This document shows, piece by piece, positions 9,946 through 20,367 of a DNA stretch of 64,000 bases. Numbering within the stretch: position 1 is the stretch's first letter; each line of letters begins with the position of its first letter. The position numbers were made by a program, and so were the translations under genes. Under the pieces are notes generated by a model. The model did not search any database. It worked only from the letters and a program-made list of their open reading frames with translations, and was not told where the DNA came from. This stretch comes from a bacterium (GTDB lineage: Bacteria > UBA8248). Location: positions 3,040,001 through 3,104,000 of the forward strand of contig OZ242260.1 of assembly GCA_965207065.1 (NCBI GenBank). Direction: 5' to 3'.

Positions 9946-11316
9946 GTGACGATGAACGGCCACACGCGCGAACTCGCGCGATTTATCAGTGAAACTTCCT
10001 ATAGCGATTTATCCGAGAACCTGCGCGCCTGTATCGCCAAGTATTTCCTGGACGCCCTCGGTTGCGGCCTATACGGTACGACCACTGAATCAGGGCGAAT
10101 CCTGTCTCGCTTCGTCCAGGAACAAGGCGGAAGCGCGGAAGCCACTCTCTGGAAAAGCGCCTGGCGTGGACCGGTGGGACCCGTTGCGCTTTGTCTGGGC
10201 ACCTGGATGCACGCGTTCGAACTCGATGATTACCACAGCGGCGCGAAGCTCCACCCGGGTGCAGTGGTCTTCGCCGCCGCGTATCCACTTGCCGAGAAGT
10301 TGGGCGCAGGTGGCAGAATGTTCATGACGGCCTGCGCCGTGGGCTATGAAACCATGATCCGCGCGAGCATCGCCGCCGACTGCCTGGAGGTGCGCAGGCG
10401 GGGGTTTCACCTCACGGGCCTGTGCGGTCCCTTTGGAGCCGCCGCCGCCGCTGCGCATCTGATAGGCTTGAACCCCGAGCAAACGGCCAATGCCTTAGGC
10501 CTCGCGGGAACCCAGGGGGCGGGGACCTGGGCCTTTCAGTGCGATGGTTCCGAGACCAAGCGCTTTCACGCGGGACGTGCGGCCCAAAGCGGCCTCATGG
10601 CCGCTTCTCTGGCTCAGGGTGGCTATACGGGGCCCAAGGAGATTTTCGAGTACGAAGACGGCGGGTTCATTCGGGCGTTCAGCGGTTGCGGGGACCCTGA
10701 GCCGCTGACGAGGGATCTGGGCGCGCATTGGGAGGCGGAAGGTGTCTCGTTCAAGCCCTATTGCTGCTGCGGAAGCACCCACTCGACAATCGACGCCGTT
10801 CTCGCCCTGCGAAGGGAGCACGGCGTCGCGCCCGATGACGTACAGGAAATGGAGATCATGAACCACAGCGTAGTGAAACAGCAGTGTTCCTGGCGTTATG
10901 AGCCGGTGAGTTCACTCCGCGCGCAGATGAACATCGAGTATTGCGCCGCGGTCGCGCTCACTGACGGGGAGGCAGGACCCGGCCAGTTCACGCCTGAGCG
11001 CATCGCCGACCCCGAGTTGGTAGGTCTCGCGCGGCGGGCGCGCTTTACCGTGGACCCTGAAATCGAGCAACTCTATCCAAAAACTTTTCCCGCCAAGGTG
11101 GCGATTCGCACTCGTGATGGCCGCGAACTCAAGAGCCATGTCGCCGGTCCCAAGGGTTCACCCCAGAACCCGATGGATTTCGACATGGTGGCCGGGAAAT
11201 TCAGACAGATTACGGGCGGCGTAATTCCGCCTGATGCACAGGACATGTTGATAGAGGCCGCCTCAGGCCTGGATGATACGGAAACGATGGGCGCACTGGT
11301 GGCGCATCTTGCATAG
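9946..11316 (+). CDS. MmgE/PrpD family protein
   Basis: HAFELDDYH, LHPG, GFHLTG, KRFHAG, FKPYCCC, PKGSPQNPM. Confidence 0.9.
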   Translation: MTMNGHTRELARFISETSYSDLSENLRACIAKYFLDALGCGLYGTTTESGRILSRFVQEQGGSAEATLWKSAWRGPVGPVALCLGTWMHAFELDDYHSGAKLHPGAVVFAAAYPLAEKLGAGGRMFMTACAVGYETMIRASIAADCLEVRRRGFHLTGLCGPFGAAAAAAHLIGLNPEQTANALGLAGTQGAGTWAFQCDGSETKRFHAGRAAQSGLMAASLAQGGYTGPKEIFEYEDGGFIRAFSGCGDPEPLTRDLGAHWEAEGVSFKPYCCCGSTHSTIDAVLALRREHGVAPDDVQEMEIMNHSVVKQQCSWRYEPVSSLRAQMNIEYCAAVALTDGEAGPGQFTPERIADPELVGLARRARFTVDPEIEQLYPKTFPAKVAIRTRDGRELKSHVAGPKGSPQNPMDFDMVAGKFRQITGGVIPPDAQDMLIEAASGLDDTETMGALVAHLA

Positions 11317-11348
11317 AGCCGGGCCGAACATAAGCTCAGGAGACGAAC

Positions 11349-12725
11349 ATGGAAACGATGAGCGACAAGCTGGCGCGCTTCGCCGCCGGTTTATCTTACG
11401 AGGACATTCCCGGGCAGGTTGTCGAGAAGGCGAAACACCATCTTCTGGACGCCCTGGGGATAGGACTCGCCGCAACGCGGGAGCCATACGCCGACGCGGT
11501 GACGAAAACGGCGCGCGATTGGGGCGGAACGCCTCAGGCCAGCGTCTGGCGCTACGGGGACAAGCTGCCCGTCGCGCACACCGCCATGGTCAACGGCAGT
11601 TACGTGCACGGCCTTGATTTCGACGATACGCATACGGATTCCATCACCCATATGAGCGCCTGCGTGGTGCCCACAGCGCTGGCTGCGGGCGAGGCAGTGG
11701 GCGCAAGCGGCCGGGAGATTCTGGCTGCCATGGTGGCGGGTTATGAAGTGATCGCCAGAATCGGAGGCGCAGTGCCGGGGAAATTTCACGCCGAGGGCTA
11801 TCACGCCACGCCGATATGCGGCGCCTTTGGCGCAGCGGCCATTATGGGGCGTCTGATGAACCACTCGCCGGAAACCATCGCCAACGCTTTCGGCGTGTGC
11901 GGAAGCCAGGCGGCGGGGATTCAGGAGTTTCTCGACGATGGAAGCTGGGTCAAGCGCTTTCACCCGGGCTGGGCTTCCCATGCGGGCGTCACCGCCGCGC
12001 AGATGGCGGGCCATGGGTTTATGGGCCCCCGGAAGGTCCTGGAAGGCAGGTTCGGCCTCTACGCCACGCACTTGAGTGATCCCTCTTACGACGCGGAAAT
12101 CCTGTCGGGCGGACTCGGTGAGCGATGGGAGACGCTGCGGATTTCGTTCAAACCCTATCCTTGCTGCCATTTCAATCATGCGGCGATGGATGCGGCGAAA
12201 AATCTGGTGAGTGAGGTGGAAATTTCCCTAAATGAAATCGATGAAATCGAGACGATTACGCCCGAGCCTATCCTCCACATCGTGTGCGAGCCCATCGAGC
12301 ATAAGCGAAAGCCCAACACGCAGTATGCGGCGCTCTTCAGCCTGCCATTTTGCCTGGCGGTCAACGTGGTGAAGGGCCGCGCAACACTCGATGATTTCGA
12401 GGAAGAACATCTGGGCGACGCGCAGGTGCTCGAACTGGCCGGGAAGGTGAGATGCACGGGAGTGGATTCGGATCGCTTTCCCAAATACCTGCACGGCGGC
12501 GTGAGGATGACACTCAAAGACGGACGCGTCCTGGAGCGGGATGAACCTGTCAACTGGGGCAATCCTGAAAACCCGATGGAATGGGTGGACGTGGAGGCCA
12601 AGTTCCGGGGGAACGCACGCCGCGTTCTGCCCGAGAGTAAAGTCGATTCCGCCGTGGAAGTCGTCCTGGGGTTCGAGGCGGCGCCCGATGCAGGCGCCTT
12701 GATGAGCGCGTGCAGGGCGGATTGA
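11349..12725 (+). CDS. MmgE/PrpD family protein
   Basis: HGLDFDDTH, GYHAT, KRFHPGW, FKPYPCC, WGNPENPM. Confidence 0.9.
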   Translation: METMSDKLARFAAGLSYEDIPGQVVEKAKHHLLDALGIGLAATREPYADAVTKTARDWGGTPQASVWRYGDKLPVAHTAMVNGSYVHGLDFDDTHTDSITHMSACVVPTALAAGEAVGASGREILAAMVAGYEVIARIGGAVPGKFHAEGYHATPICGAFGAAAIMGRLMNHSPETIANAFGVCGSQAAGIQEFLDDGSWVKRFHPGWASHAGVTAAQMAGHGFMGPRKVLEGRFGLYATHLSDPSYDAEILSGGLGERWETLRISFKPYPCCHFNHAAMDAAKNLVSEVEISLNEIDEIETITPEPILHIVCEPIEHKRKPNTQYAALFSLPFCLAVNVVKGRATLDDFEEEHLGDAQVLELAGKVRCTGVDSDRFPKYLHGGVRMTLKDGRVLERDEPVNWGNPENPMEWVDVEAKFRGNARRVLPESKVDSAVEVVLGFEAAPDAGALMSACRAD

Positions 12726-13420
12726 TGACGAAAGACGCCTGGGGGGAGGGGAGTTTCGCCCAAAACTGGGATGCGGTGAACGCTGCGCGGGACAATCCCG
12801 ACCGGGCGAATCAACTCGATTTGTTGATCACCCTTCTCGAAAGTGTGGGGCCGGATGATGGCTGGATGCTGGATATGGGTTCCGGTTCGGGGCAGGTGGA
12901 AGCCCTCATTCTCGAACGCATTCCCCATGCAAATATAGTATGCCTCGATAGCTCGGAGGAGATGCTGAAACTCGCCTCGGAGCGCCTGAGCGCTCATCAG
13001 GACAGATATCATCCGCTTCCGGGCGATATGAACCGTCTGGGGGCGGTCGAGTTTCCCCATGCGCCTTATGCGGCGGTATTCAGCAGCCAGGCCCTGCATG
13101 AGATTTCGCACGAGAGCAAACGCGCTGTCTACGAAAAAGTGTTCGAATTGCTTCGTCCGGGAGGCGCTTTTTACATCCTGGACCGGTTCCAGACGCGCTT
13201 CGACGACCTGCCCGATGCGTATGAGCGCGTGTGGAATCGTCAGAACCGGGGTGTGGATGCGCCGATGAGCTTTCAGGAATATCGAGAGCGCTACGATTCG
13301 AAAGACGATTACCCCGCAAAACTGGATGATCAACTCGCGTGGCTTGCGGCCGCGGGCTTATTGGCCGCGCCGTTGTATTTGCACTACAACCGCGTGCTCA
13401 TAGTGGCGCGAAAGCCCTAA
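12725..13420 (+). CDS. Class I SAM-dependent methyltransferase
   Basis: LDMGSGSG motif I, LDSSEEML, ALHE, LRPGG; ATG overlaps the upstream TGA. Confidence 0.85.
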   Translation: MTKDAWGEGSFAQNWDAVNAARDNPDRANQLDLLITLLESVGPDDGWMLDMGSGSGQVEALILERIPHANIVCLDSSEEMLKLASERLSAHQDRYHPLPGDMNRLGAVEFPHAPYAAVFSSQALHEISHESKRAVYEKVFELLRPGGAFYILDRFQTRFDDLPDAYERVWNRQNRGVDAPMSFQEYRERYDSKDDYPAKLDDQLAWLAAAGLLAAPLYLHYNRVLIVARKP

Positions 13421-13845
13421 TCCCCCATTCTCAGCAGGAATTCTTCCAGGATACTTTTAAGCGTTTCTCCCGAGATGGTATCCAGGGCGTCCTCGGGGGA
13501 GAGCCAGACGCGCCTTCGCTCGTGGCTCTCGGGCCAGTCGTCCTCGACGACGTCGACCTCGATTTCGTAAATGTCGACCTTACACCTGCCCGCGCCGATG
13601 TCGTATTCGTAATGCGCAATGGGCTCCTCCGACGCCATGCCGCGGACACCGCCTTCCTCCCAGGTTTCGGCGATGGCGGCTTCCTGGGCGGTCTGCCCCG
13701 GCTCCACGCCGCCCTGGGGTACTATCCACCAGAAATTGTCGTCGTCCAGGGGTCTGTCGCGCGCCGTGATGAGGAGGATTTCCAAGCCATCCTCGGTCTT
13801 ACGCCAGGGTACGGCCCCGGCCAGGTGAAATCTGTTTTGCTTCAT
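13417..13845 (-). CDS. NUDIX hydrolase
   Basis: Nudix box GGVEPGQTAQEAAIAETWEEGGV; WPESHERRRVW. Confidence 0.88.
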   Translation of the reverse strand: MKQNRFHLAGAVPWRKTEDGLEILLITARDRPLDDDNFWWIVPQGGVEPGQTAQEAAIAETWEEGGVRGMASEEPIAHYEYDIGAGRCKVDIYEIEVDVVEDDWPESHERRRVWLSPEDALDTISGETLKSILEEFLLRMGD

Positions 13846-13864
13846 GGTGGTGTCCTTATCTCGC

Positions 13865-14947
13865 TCAGGCTGCCTGGATGCGCGCCCAGGTTTTCTCGAT
13901 CAGGCGTTCGTAGTCCTCGCCCAGATATACCGGAAACTTCGACGCTTTGGTGACTTCAGGAGGCGGAAAAATGGCCGTATTATTCTGGTAGTCAGCCGAC
14001 GTTCTGGCCTTCGCCGCCGCGTTTGGAGTGGCGTACTGGATGAAGTCGGCAATCGAAGCGCCCACGTCGGCTCTCAAAAGAAAATTGATGAAATTGTGCG
14101 CGTTTTGCGGGTGTGGCGCACTTTTGGGAATGCACAGGCAATCCTGCCACAAGAGTCCCCCTTCCCTGGGTACGACATATCCGATGTCGGCGTCTTTTTT
14201 CATGACCTGGAGTATGTCGCCGTTCCACTCCATGGCCAGATCGACCTCGCCTGCGAGCAGCAAGTCCTGGCCATCATCCTCGGCGAATAACTTGATGTGG
14301 GGCTTCTGGCGGATGAGCATATCCTCCACCTGCTTTACCAAGGAGCCGTCGGTTGTGTTCAGGGAGTGACCCAATAGTTTGAGCCCCATCTGAATTGCTG
14401 TGCTCTTATCACCCATAAGGGCGATGCGGCCCTTGTATTTATCCGAAGCAAGCAGCCACTTCCAACTGTCAGGAATGCCCTCGACGCGGGATTTCCGGTA
14501 GCCTATCCCGGCCGTGCCCCACATATAGGGCTGGGAATACTTGTGGCCCGGATCATAGGCGGCGTTCTGAAAAATCGGGTCGATGTTCGCTTTGTTGGGG
14601 ATCAGGGAATGATCGAGCGGCATCAGAATACCGGCAGCGATCATGCGATCGACGTAGTTGTTTGTCGGCACGATGACGTCATAGCCGGGATTGCCTTGTT
14701 TAAGTTTGGCGAATAATTCATCGTTGTCGGCGAATATATCCATCTTCACTTCAACCCCGCTGGCGGCCTTGAAATCGGCCAGCGTGGTTTCGCCGATATA
14801 GGTGTCCCAGTTGTAGAAGTTCAGCTTTTTGTTTTCGGTGCTCCAGGCGTTCCGAGGTGAAAGACTCAGGCCAGCCGCCGCAGCGCCGAGACCTAGGAGA
14901 AAAGTGCGGCGGGTTAAGCCGGTCGAATAATTATTGGGTTTCGGCAT
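13865..14947 (-). CDS. Polyamine ABC transporter substrate-binding protein (PotD/PotF family), Tat-exported
   Basis: TRRTFL Tat motif; YNWDTYI, GYDVIVP, PYMWGT, EWNGD, PREG. Confidence 0.88.
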   Translation of the reverse strand: MPKPNNYSTGLTRRTFLLGLGAAAAGLSLSPRNAWSTENKKLNFYNWDTYIGETTLADFKAASGVEVKMDIFADNDELFAKLKQGNPGYDVIVPTNNYVDRMIAAGILMPLDHSLIPNKANIDPIFQNAAYDPGHKYSQPYMWGTAGIGYRKSRVEGIPDSWKWLLASDKYKGRIALMGDKSTAIQMGLKLLGHSLNTTDGSLVKQVEDMLIRQKPHIKLFAEDDGQDLLLAGEVDLAMEWNGDILQVMKKDADIGYVVPREGGLLWQDCLCIPKSAPHPQNAHNFINFLLRADVGASIADFIQYATPNAAAKARTSADYQNNTAIFPPPEVTKASKFPVYLGEDYERLIEKTWARIQAA

Positions 14948-14971
14948 CGGATAAGCTTCTTGCGATTTCCA

Positions 14972-15355
14972 TCATGACTCTTCCAGCGTGCAGAACACCT
15001 CCACGAGGTTGTCCGAGGGATCTCTGAAGAACAGTTGCCGCAATCCCAGCCCGGCGTTGACGCCGTCTTTCACGTCCACGCCAGCGATCTCGAGCCTTCG
15101 CTTCACGGGCTCCAAATCAGACGCCGCGAAGGCGAAATGAGTCTCGCCGGCTCCGGTGCCCGGGATGCTCGTTTCGCTCGCGCGATCCTGGCGTCCCGTG
15201 AGATGAAGCTGGCAGGCTCCCGCCTGGAACCAGTAGCCTGGATTCGGCAGGTCCGGGCGTTCGATTTCCGCAAGTTCCAGCAGCCCGGCGTAAAAATCGC
15301 GCGCTTCCTCCAGGTCATCGACGCTGATGGATATGTGGTGCATTCCCTCCAGCAT
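14972..15355 (-). CDS. VOC/glyoxalase family protein
   Basis: HHISI..DLEEARDFY, HFAF, FFRDPSDNLVE. Confidence 0.88.
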   Translation of the reverse strand: MLEGMHHISISVDDLEEARDFYAGLLELAEIERPDLPNPGYWFQAGACQLHLTGRQDRASETSIPGTGAGETHFAFAASDLEPVKRRLEIAGVDVKDGVNAGLGLRQLFFRDPSDNLVEVFCTLEES

Positions 15356-15372
15356 GAATCCGCCTCCGCTTG

Positions 15373-16224
15373 TCAGCCGGTGGATGAGGCCACGAACTCC
15401 GGCTCAATTTTTTTCGGTATGATGCCCGCCTCCGCGGCGCGGCTCAACAGCGTGGAGACGGCCTTTCGCCCGGCGTCGCCGTATGAGCGCGTCCATTCGT
15501 TCACGTACATGCCGACGAAAACGTCCGCCTTATCGCGCGGCAGGTCCCTGGCGTAGGCCATGGCGTGGTCGAGCGCTTCGTCCCGGTTCTCGAGCGCGTA
15601 GACGATGCTCTGGTGAAGCAGGCGGCTCACTTCGCCCACGACCTCGGGCCCCAGGTCCTTTCGGATGACGTTGCAGCCCAGGGGCAGGGGACCACCGGTT
15701 TCGCTCATCCACCACTTGCCGAGGTCCTCCACGAGATGAAAACCTTCCTGCTCATAGGTGAGCTGGCCCTCGTGGATGAGAAGTCCCGCCGGGGAGGCTC
15801 CTTTTTTCACCTCGTCCATGATGTCGTCGAAATGCACCACGCGGTGTTTGGGCTCCTCGCCTCCCATATACAGGCGAAGCGTAAGATACGCCGTGGTCAG
15901 CAGGCCGGGGATGGCGATTTCCACGTCCCGGAGCGCCTCGGGCGTCATCGGTTCGCGCGAGATGATGACGGGGCCGTAATTCTCCCCGAAACTCGCCCCG
16001 TGCGGCAAAATGGCGTAGCGCTCCGCCAGGTGACAGTACGCATGGAAGCTGATGGCGCTCACCTCGTATTTGCCCTCGAATGCGGCCTGGTTCAGCGTTT
16101 CGATGTCGTGGAGTTCATGGATGAATTCATATTCTCCCTGCGCGATCTTCCCGTTCGCCAGCGCATGAAACATGAAGGCATCGTCCGAGTCAGGGCTATG
16201 GGCGACGCGAATCGTTCTGGACAC
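15373..16224 (-). CDS. mqnD: 1,4-dihydroxy-6-naphthoate synthase (futalosine pathway)
   Basis: AHSPDSDDAFMF, DIETLN, LIHEGQLTY, PLPLG, FVGMYVNE; GTG start after GGAG. Confidence 0.85.
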   Translation of the reverse strand: MSRTIRVAHSPDSDDAFMFHALANGKIAQGEYEFIHELHDIETLNQAAFEGKYEVSAISFHAYCHLAERYAILPHGASFGENYGPVIISREPMTPEALRDVEIAIPGLLTTAYLTLRLYMGGEEPKHRVVHFDDIMDEVKKGASPAGLLIHEGQLTYEQEGFHLVEDLGKWWMSETGGPLPLGCNVIRKDLGPEVVGEVSRLLHQSIVYALENRDEALDHAMAYARDLPRDKADVFVGMYVNEWTRSYGDAGRKAVSTLLSRAAEAGIIPKKIEPEFVASSTG

Positions 16225-16262
16225 TGGTTTTTCTTCTCCAAAAATGCGGTTTTTGTGAGATT

Positions 16263-17390
16263 TCAAGCATCAGAGGACGACAAATAATCCCGCCTCAGAT
16301 CCGGCGCTCCCCCCTCGGCGGCGGAGCGCAAAAGTGCGCCGATGAGAGCCGCCATGGCTTCCAGGTCCGATTCCATGAACGTCTCCACCGGGCTGTGGGA
16401 ATAGCGCCTGGGCATATTGATCGGCACAGTGGGAAGCCCGCCGGGCCGGGATTTGCTCAATGTGGCGGAATCGAGAAACGTGCCCACGAACACGTCTTCC
16501 TGTAAGGGCACGTGGGCGTCGCTCGCCACGTCCTTCACCCACTGGATAAGCTCTGGCGGGGTGATGTAGCCGTAAAGACTCGTGGGCTGGTGATCATACC
16601 TGCGCAATACAGGCCCTGCTCCGATCTTGGATCCACGGGCGTCGGAGCGCCCCGGACCGTCCGAGGGCACGTTGTCGAGCACGATGGCGAGAATGGGCTT
16701 GTCGGCTCCCGTTTCATCCACCGATAGCACCGATGCGCCGCGCCCGCCGATTTCCTCCTGCGCGCAGAAGGCGGCGCTCAGGCGGAGCCTGTCCGAGAGT
16801 GAGTTGGCCGTGTTGATGAACGCCTCCACGCACAGGGCGCATCCCGAGCGGTTGTCCACCGCCTTCGATTTCCAGGCTCCGCCGGGGAGTTGCACAAAGG
16901 GGCTGTGAAATACGCCCGGCGTGCCCGCCTCGATGCCGAGCGCGCGAATGGGCGCGTCGTCGGTAGCGCCTAAATCTATCCACATATTATCGACGCCGGG
17001 GTGCTCCTGGCCCTGTAAGGACTGGAGATGTCCGCTGCGCACGTTAACAACGCCGCGATGAAGTTGCCCGTCCAGCGTCAGGAGCGCGACCTCGCGGCCC
17101 GGGAAGATCGAATCCGCCACGAGCCCCACTTTTTCGAAGCGAATCGCGCCGCCCGCCTCCACGTTCGTGACGACGAAGCCGACTTCGTCCATGTGGCATT
17201 CCAGGAGGATGTGAGTGGCTGCCTCGTGCGCTTCGTGGCGGGCGATGAGGTTGCCGATGGGGTCGCGCCGCAACCCGCTCGCGCTGTCTTTCACCATCTC
17301 CGCAATGGCGTCGCGCACAGCGCCCTCATGCCCCGGCGGGCCGGGCAGGGAGCAGAGCGTCTTCATTCTCTCGAGCAGGGGCGACGGCAT
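16263..17390 (-). CDS. M42 family metallopeptidase
   Basis: PGHE, HMDEVG, KAVDNRSG, QEEIG and RYSHSPVE metal-ligand motifs. Confidence 0.85.
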   Translation of the reverse strand: MPSPLLERMKTLCSLPGPPGHEGAVRDAIAEMVKDSASGLRRDPIGNLIARHEAHEAATHILLECHMDEVGFVVTNVEAGGAIRFEKVGLVADSIFPGREVALLTLDGQLHRGVVNVRSGHLQSLQGQEHPGVDNMWIDLGATDDAPIRALGIEAGTPGVFHSPFVQLPGGAWKSKAVDNRSGCALCVEAFINTANSLSDRLRLSAAFCAQEEIGGRGASVLSVDETGADKPILAIVLDNVPSDGPGRSDARGSKIGAGPVLRRYDHQPTSLYGYITPPELIQWVKDVASDAHVPLQEDVFVGTFLDSATLSKSRPGGLPTVPINMPRRYSHSPVETFMESDLEAMAALIGALLRSAAEGGAPDLRRDYLSSSDA

Positions 17391-17604
17391 TTCATTATCC
17401 CGAAAATTTGGTAATTTGCGATGAATTCCTGGGCGCGGCAATACTCTCACGGAGGGCAACGCTTGCCAAGCCGGAGAGCCTTTGGAGTCAAGAATAAATT
17501 GACCGTGCGGGATTGAGGTTGTAGGCTTTGGCGCGATGCCCTCGTAAACGAATGACGTGCTCGTCCCATTGATGGAGAGAACTGCGGTGAGCGGCGGTGG
17601 TCAA

Positions 17605-18291
17605 ATGACGGATTTATTGAGCGTGGTGATGCCGTGTTTCAACGAACGGGACACGATTTGCGAAATTGTCGCCAGAGTCCGGGCGGTGCCGATGAACATC
17701 GAGCTCATCATCGTGGACGACGGCAGCACGGACGGAACACGGGACATCCTGGCCGAGATCGAACAAAACGGCGCGCGCGTCATTTACCGGGAGAAAAACG
17801 AGGGTAAGGGAGCCGCCCTGTGCGACGGCTTCGCGGCGGCGAACGGGGATGTGATCGTCGTGCAGGATGCGGACCTGGAATACGACCCTGACGAATACGC
17901 CGATTTGTATGACCCCATCCGCCGGGGGGCGGCCGACGTGGTCTACGGCACGCGCTTCGGCGGAAAGCCCCAGCGCGTGCACATGTTCTGGCACAAGGTG
18001 GGAAACCACATGCTGACCACTCTCGCCAACATGTTGTTCAACTGTACGCTCACCGACATGGAAACCTGTTACAAGATGTTCCGCCGTGAGGTGGTGAAGG
18101 ATATGACAATTCGCGCCAGGGGGTTCGACTTCGAGCCGGAATTCACCGCGAAAATCCTGAAACCGGCGAAGTGGCGCATCTACGAGGTGCCGATATCCTA
18201 CTACGGCCGAACCTACGCAGAAGGCAAGAAGATAACCTGGCGAGACGGTTTTATCGCCGTGTGGACGCTCCTGCGCGAGCGGTTCTCCTGA
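17605..18291 (+). CDS. Glycosyltransferase family 2 (polyprenol-phosphate GT-like)
   Basis: VVMPCFNE, VDDGSTDGT, GKGAA, QDADLEYDP, TDMETCYK, EGKKITWRDG. Confidence 0.9.
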   Translation: MTDLLSVVMPCFNERDTICEIVARVRAVPMNIELIIVDDGSTDGTRDILAEIEQNGARVIYREKNEGKGAALCDGFAAANGDVIVVQDADLEYDPDEYADLYDPIRRGAADVVYGTRFGGKPQRVHMFWHKVGNHMLTTLANMLFNCTLTDMETCYKMFRREVVKDMTIRARGFDFEPEFTAKILKPAKWRIYEVPISYYGRTYAEGKKITWRDGFIAVWTLLRERFS

Positions 18292-18292
18292 A

Positions 18293-19366
18293 TCATCCCC
18301 TGACGCGGGCGCATACCGCCTCGGTGATGGCTTTGGAGCCGTCGACAGAGCGCCCCTTGTTGTCCAGACGGATCTCCCCGGCCTCGAGCGCTCCCCACAC
18401 GCTGGTTTCTATCTGGTTCGCGGCCTCGCTCTCCCCGATGTGGGCGAGCATGAGGGCGGCGGAGAGAATGAGGCTCAACGGATTGGCGATTCCCTGACCG
18501 GCGATGTCGGGGGCTGAGCCATGCACCGCCTCGAAAAACGCGAATTTCTCCCCGATGTTCCCGGACGGACACATGCCGAGGCCGCCGGCCGTGGCGCCGC
18601 CCAAATCGCTCAACAAATCTCCCAGCATGTTCTCCATCACCAGCACGTCGTAGTGCGCCGGGCGAATCACCAGATGGTTGGCGCAGGCATCCGAATAGAC
18701 CGCCTCGGCCTCGATGTCGGGGTAATCCGCCGCCACCTCGAAGAATACCTCGCGGAACAAGGCCATGGAGCGAAGCACGTTGCTCTTGTCCACGCAGGTG
18801 ACGCGCCGCACGCCGTCTTCTGGCGCGCCGTTTCTTGTGCGCGAGAGTTCGAAGGCGAACCGCACGACGCGCTCCACGCCCGGGCGGGTGATGATCATGG
18901 TGTCGGCCACGGCGTTGGGGCCGCCTACCCCCTTGTCGCGCGAGGCGTAGAGGCCTTCGGTGTTCTCGCGGATCACGACGTAGTCGATGCCGCCGGGCGC
19001 ATAGCCCGCCAGTGGACTCCGGATGCCCGGGTAGAGTTTGACGGGCCGCATGTTGGCGAACAGGTCGAGCCCCGTTCTGAGCACGCCGCCCAGAAGCCCC
19101 GCCTCGGTACCCTCCGGCGTGCGGACGGCCGGATTCCCGACCGGCGCCTTGAGGACGCCGTCCGCTTCGCGGCAGGCCTGCATGGTTTCATCGCTGATGC
19201 GCTTGCCGTACCTGGCGTAGCGGCCCGCTCCCGCTTCGTGTTCTTCCAGTCTCAGCGTTAAGGTCTCGTTTGTGCGCTGCACGGCTTCGAGAACGGCGAT
19301 GGTGGATTCCATGAGTTCCGGGCCGATCCCGTCCCCCGGGATGGTGATGATTCGATATTCCTTCAT
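18293..19366 (-). CDS. Isocitrate/isopropylmalate/tartrate dehydrogenase family
   Basis: IPGDGIGPE, RENTEGLY, DKSNVL, ENMLGDLLSD, EAVHGSAPDIAGQGIANP. Confidence 0.9.
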   Translation of the reverse strand: MKEYRIITIPGDGIGPELMESTIAVLEAVQRTNETLTLRLEEHEAGAGRYARYGKRISDETMQACREADGVLKAPVGNPAVRTPEGTEAGLLGGVLRTGLDLFANMRPVKLYPGIRSPLAGYAPGGIDYVVIRENTEGLYASRDKGVGGPNAVADTMIITRPGVERVVRFAFELSRTRNGAPEDGVRRVTCVDKSNVLRSMALFREVFFEVAADYPDIEAEAVYSDACANHLVIRPAHYDVLVMENMLGDLLSDLGGATAGGLGMCPSGNIGEKFAFFEAVHGSAPDIAGQGIANPLSLILSAALMLAHIGESEAANQIETSVWGALEAGEIRLDNKGRSVDGSKAITEAVCARVRG

Positions 19367-19484
19367 TTTCTCTCCTGGAGTATTTTGTTTGGCGGATTAC
19401 TGCCTCTACATCTGCGCGGAGAAGCGGGTATAATCACTCCTCCAAGGGAGCGGCGTTTCCATCAGTAAGGGAGTTTAACGAAAA

Positions 19485-20258
19485 TTGATTCGGTTGGAGA
19501 ACCCCCGGAGCGAATCTATCCAGAAATTCCTGCGCTCGCAGGGGCCGCTCGGGATACGCATTACGGGAACAATCGCGGAAGGGGGAAGGGAGGTCCCCCT
19601 CTGGGTGGACGATCTTGCTGCGCCCCAGATGGTGGTGAACACCGGTCGCGGCTGGCTCGCGCCGCTGGGGCGGCCCGAGGCGATACTCGCGAAACTGGGA
19701 GACATGGAGGGCCTTTCCGCGCAGATGGAGGAGAGCGACGGCTATCTCAAATTCTCCTCTCTATCGCTCGAGGTGCAAAAGGCGATCGAGAGACGAAGGA
19801 AACTCATCCGCGCGTCGCCCGTGGGCATGTTCATTCTGGAGAAAAAAGATTTCAGGCCCGTCTTCAGCACCCACCGGATTGAGAGCCTCAAAACCGAGGA
19901 TGCGAAGACGCTGGCCGAGAATTCCCCCTACGACCAGGGGGAGGAATACGCCCTGGCGAGAATCACGAATGCCCCCACCGCGGCGATACGCATCGAGGGC
20001 GAACTCGCCTCCTACATAGTCGTTCACGCGAACGGCTCCATCGGCATGCTGCACACGATGGATCACTTCCGCGGCCAGGGCCTTGCGCGCGTGGTGGTGT
20101 CCGCCCTCGTCGAGGCGCAATTCGCCAGGGGACGCGAGGCGTATTGCTATATCGTGGAGGGAAACGAGGCGTCCGAGCGCGTGTTCGAAAGCGTGGGCTT
20201 CAAGCGGGTGATGGACGTCTACTGGAGCGCCTTCGAAAGGCGGGAGGCCGCACCCTGA
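19485..20258 (+). CDS. GNAT acetyltransferase (FR47-like C-terminal domain)
   Basis: FRGQGLA acetyl-CoA motif, NEASERVFESVGF; TTG start. Confidence 0.75.
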   Translation: MIRLENPRSESIQKFLRSQGPLGIRITGTIAEGGREVPLWVDDLAAPQMVVNTGRGWLAPLGRPEAILAKLGDMEGLSAQMEESDGYLKFSSLSLEVQKAIERRRKLIRASPVGMFILEKKDFRPVFSTHRIESLKTEDAKTLAENSPYDQGEEYALARITNAPTAAIRIEGELASYIVVHANGSIGMLHTMDHFRGQGLARVVVSALVEAQFARGREAYCYIVEGNEASERVFESVGFKRVMDVYWSAFERREAAP

Positions 20259-20367
20259 CTCCCGATCTCGCAAGTGCGAGGCTGTTCTCCCCAAAGGAAT
20301 CGACAAAATCCCGAAATTGGACTAATTTTCCGTATTCGCCATTCATCTTTTCATGGGAGGTTGATAG

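Noticed and set aside
18293-19366. Naming this gene leuB because leuA is in the window
   Set aside because: It is unlinked to leuA or leuCD and substrate specificity cannot be read from the motifs
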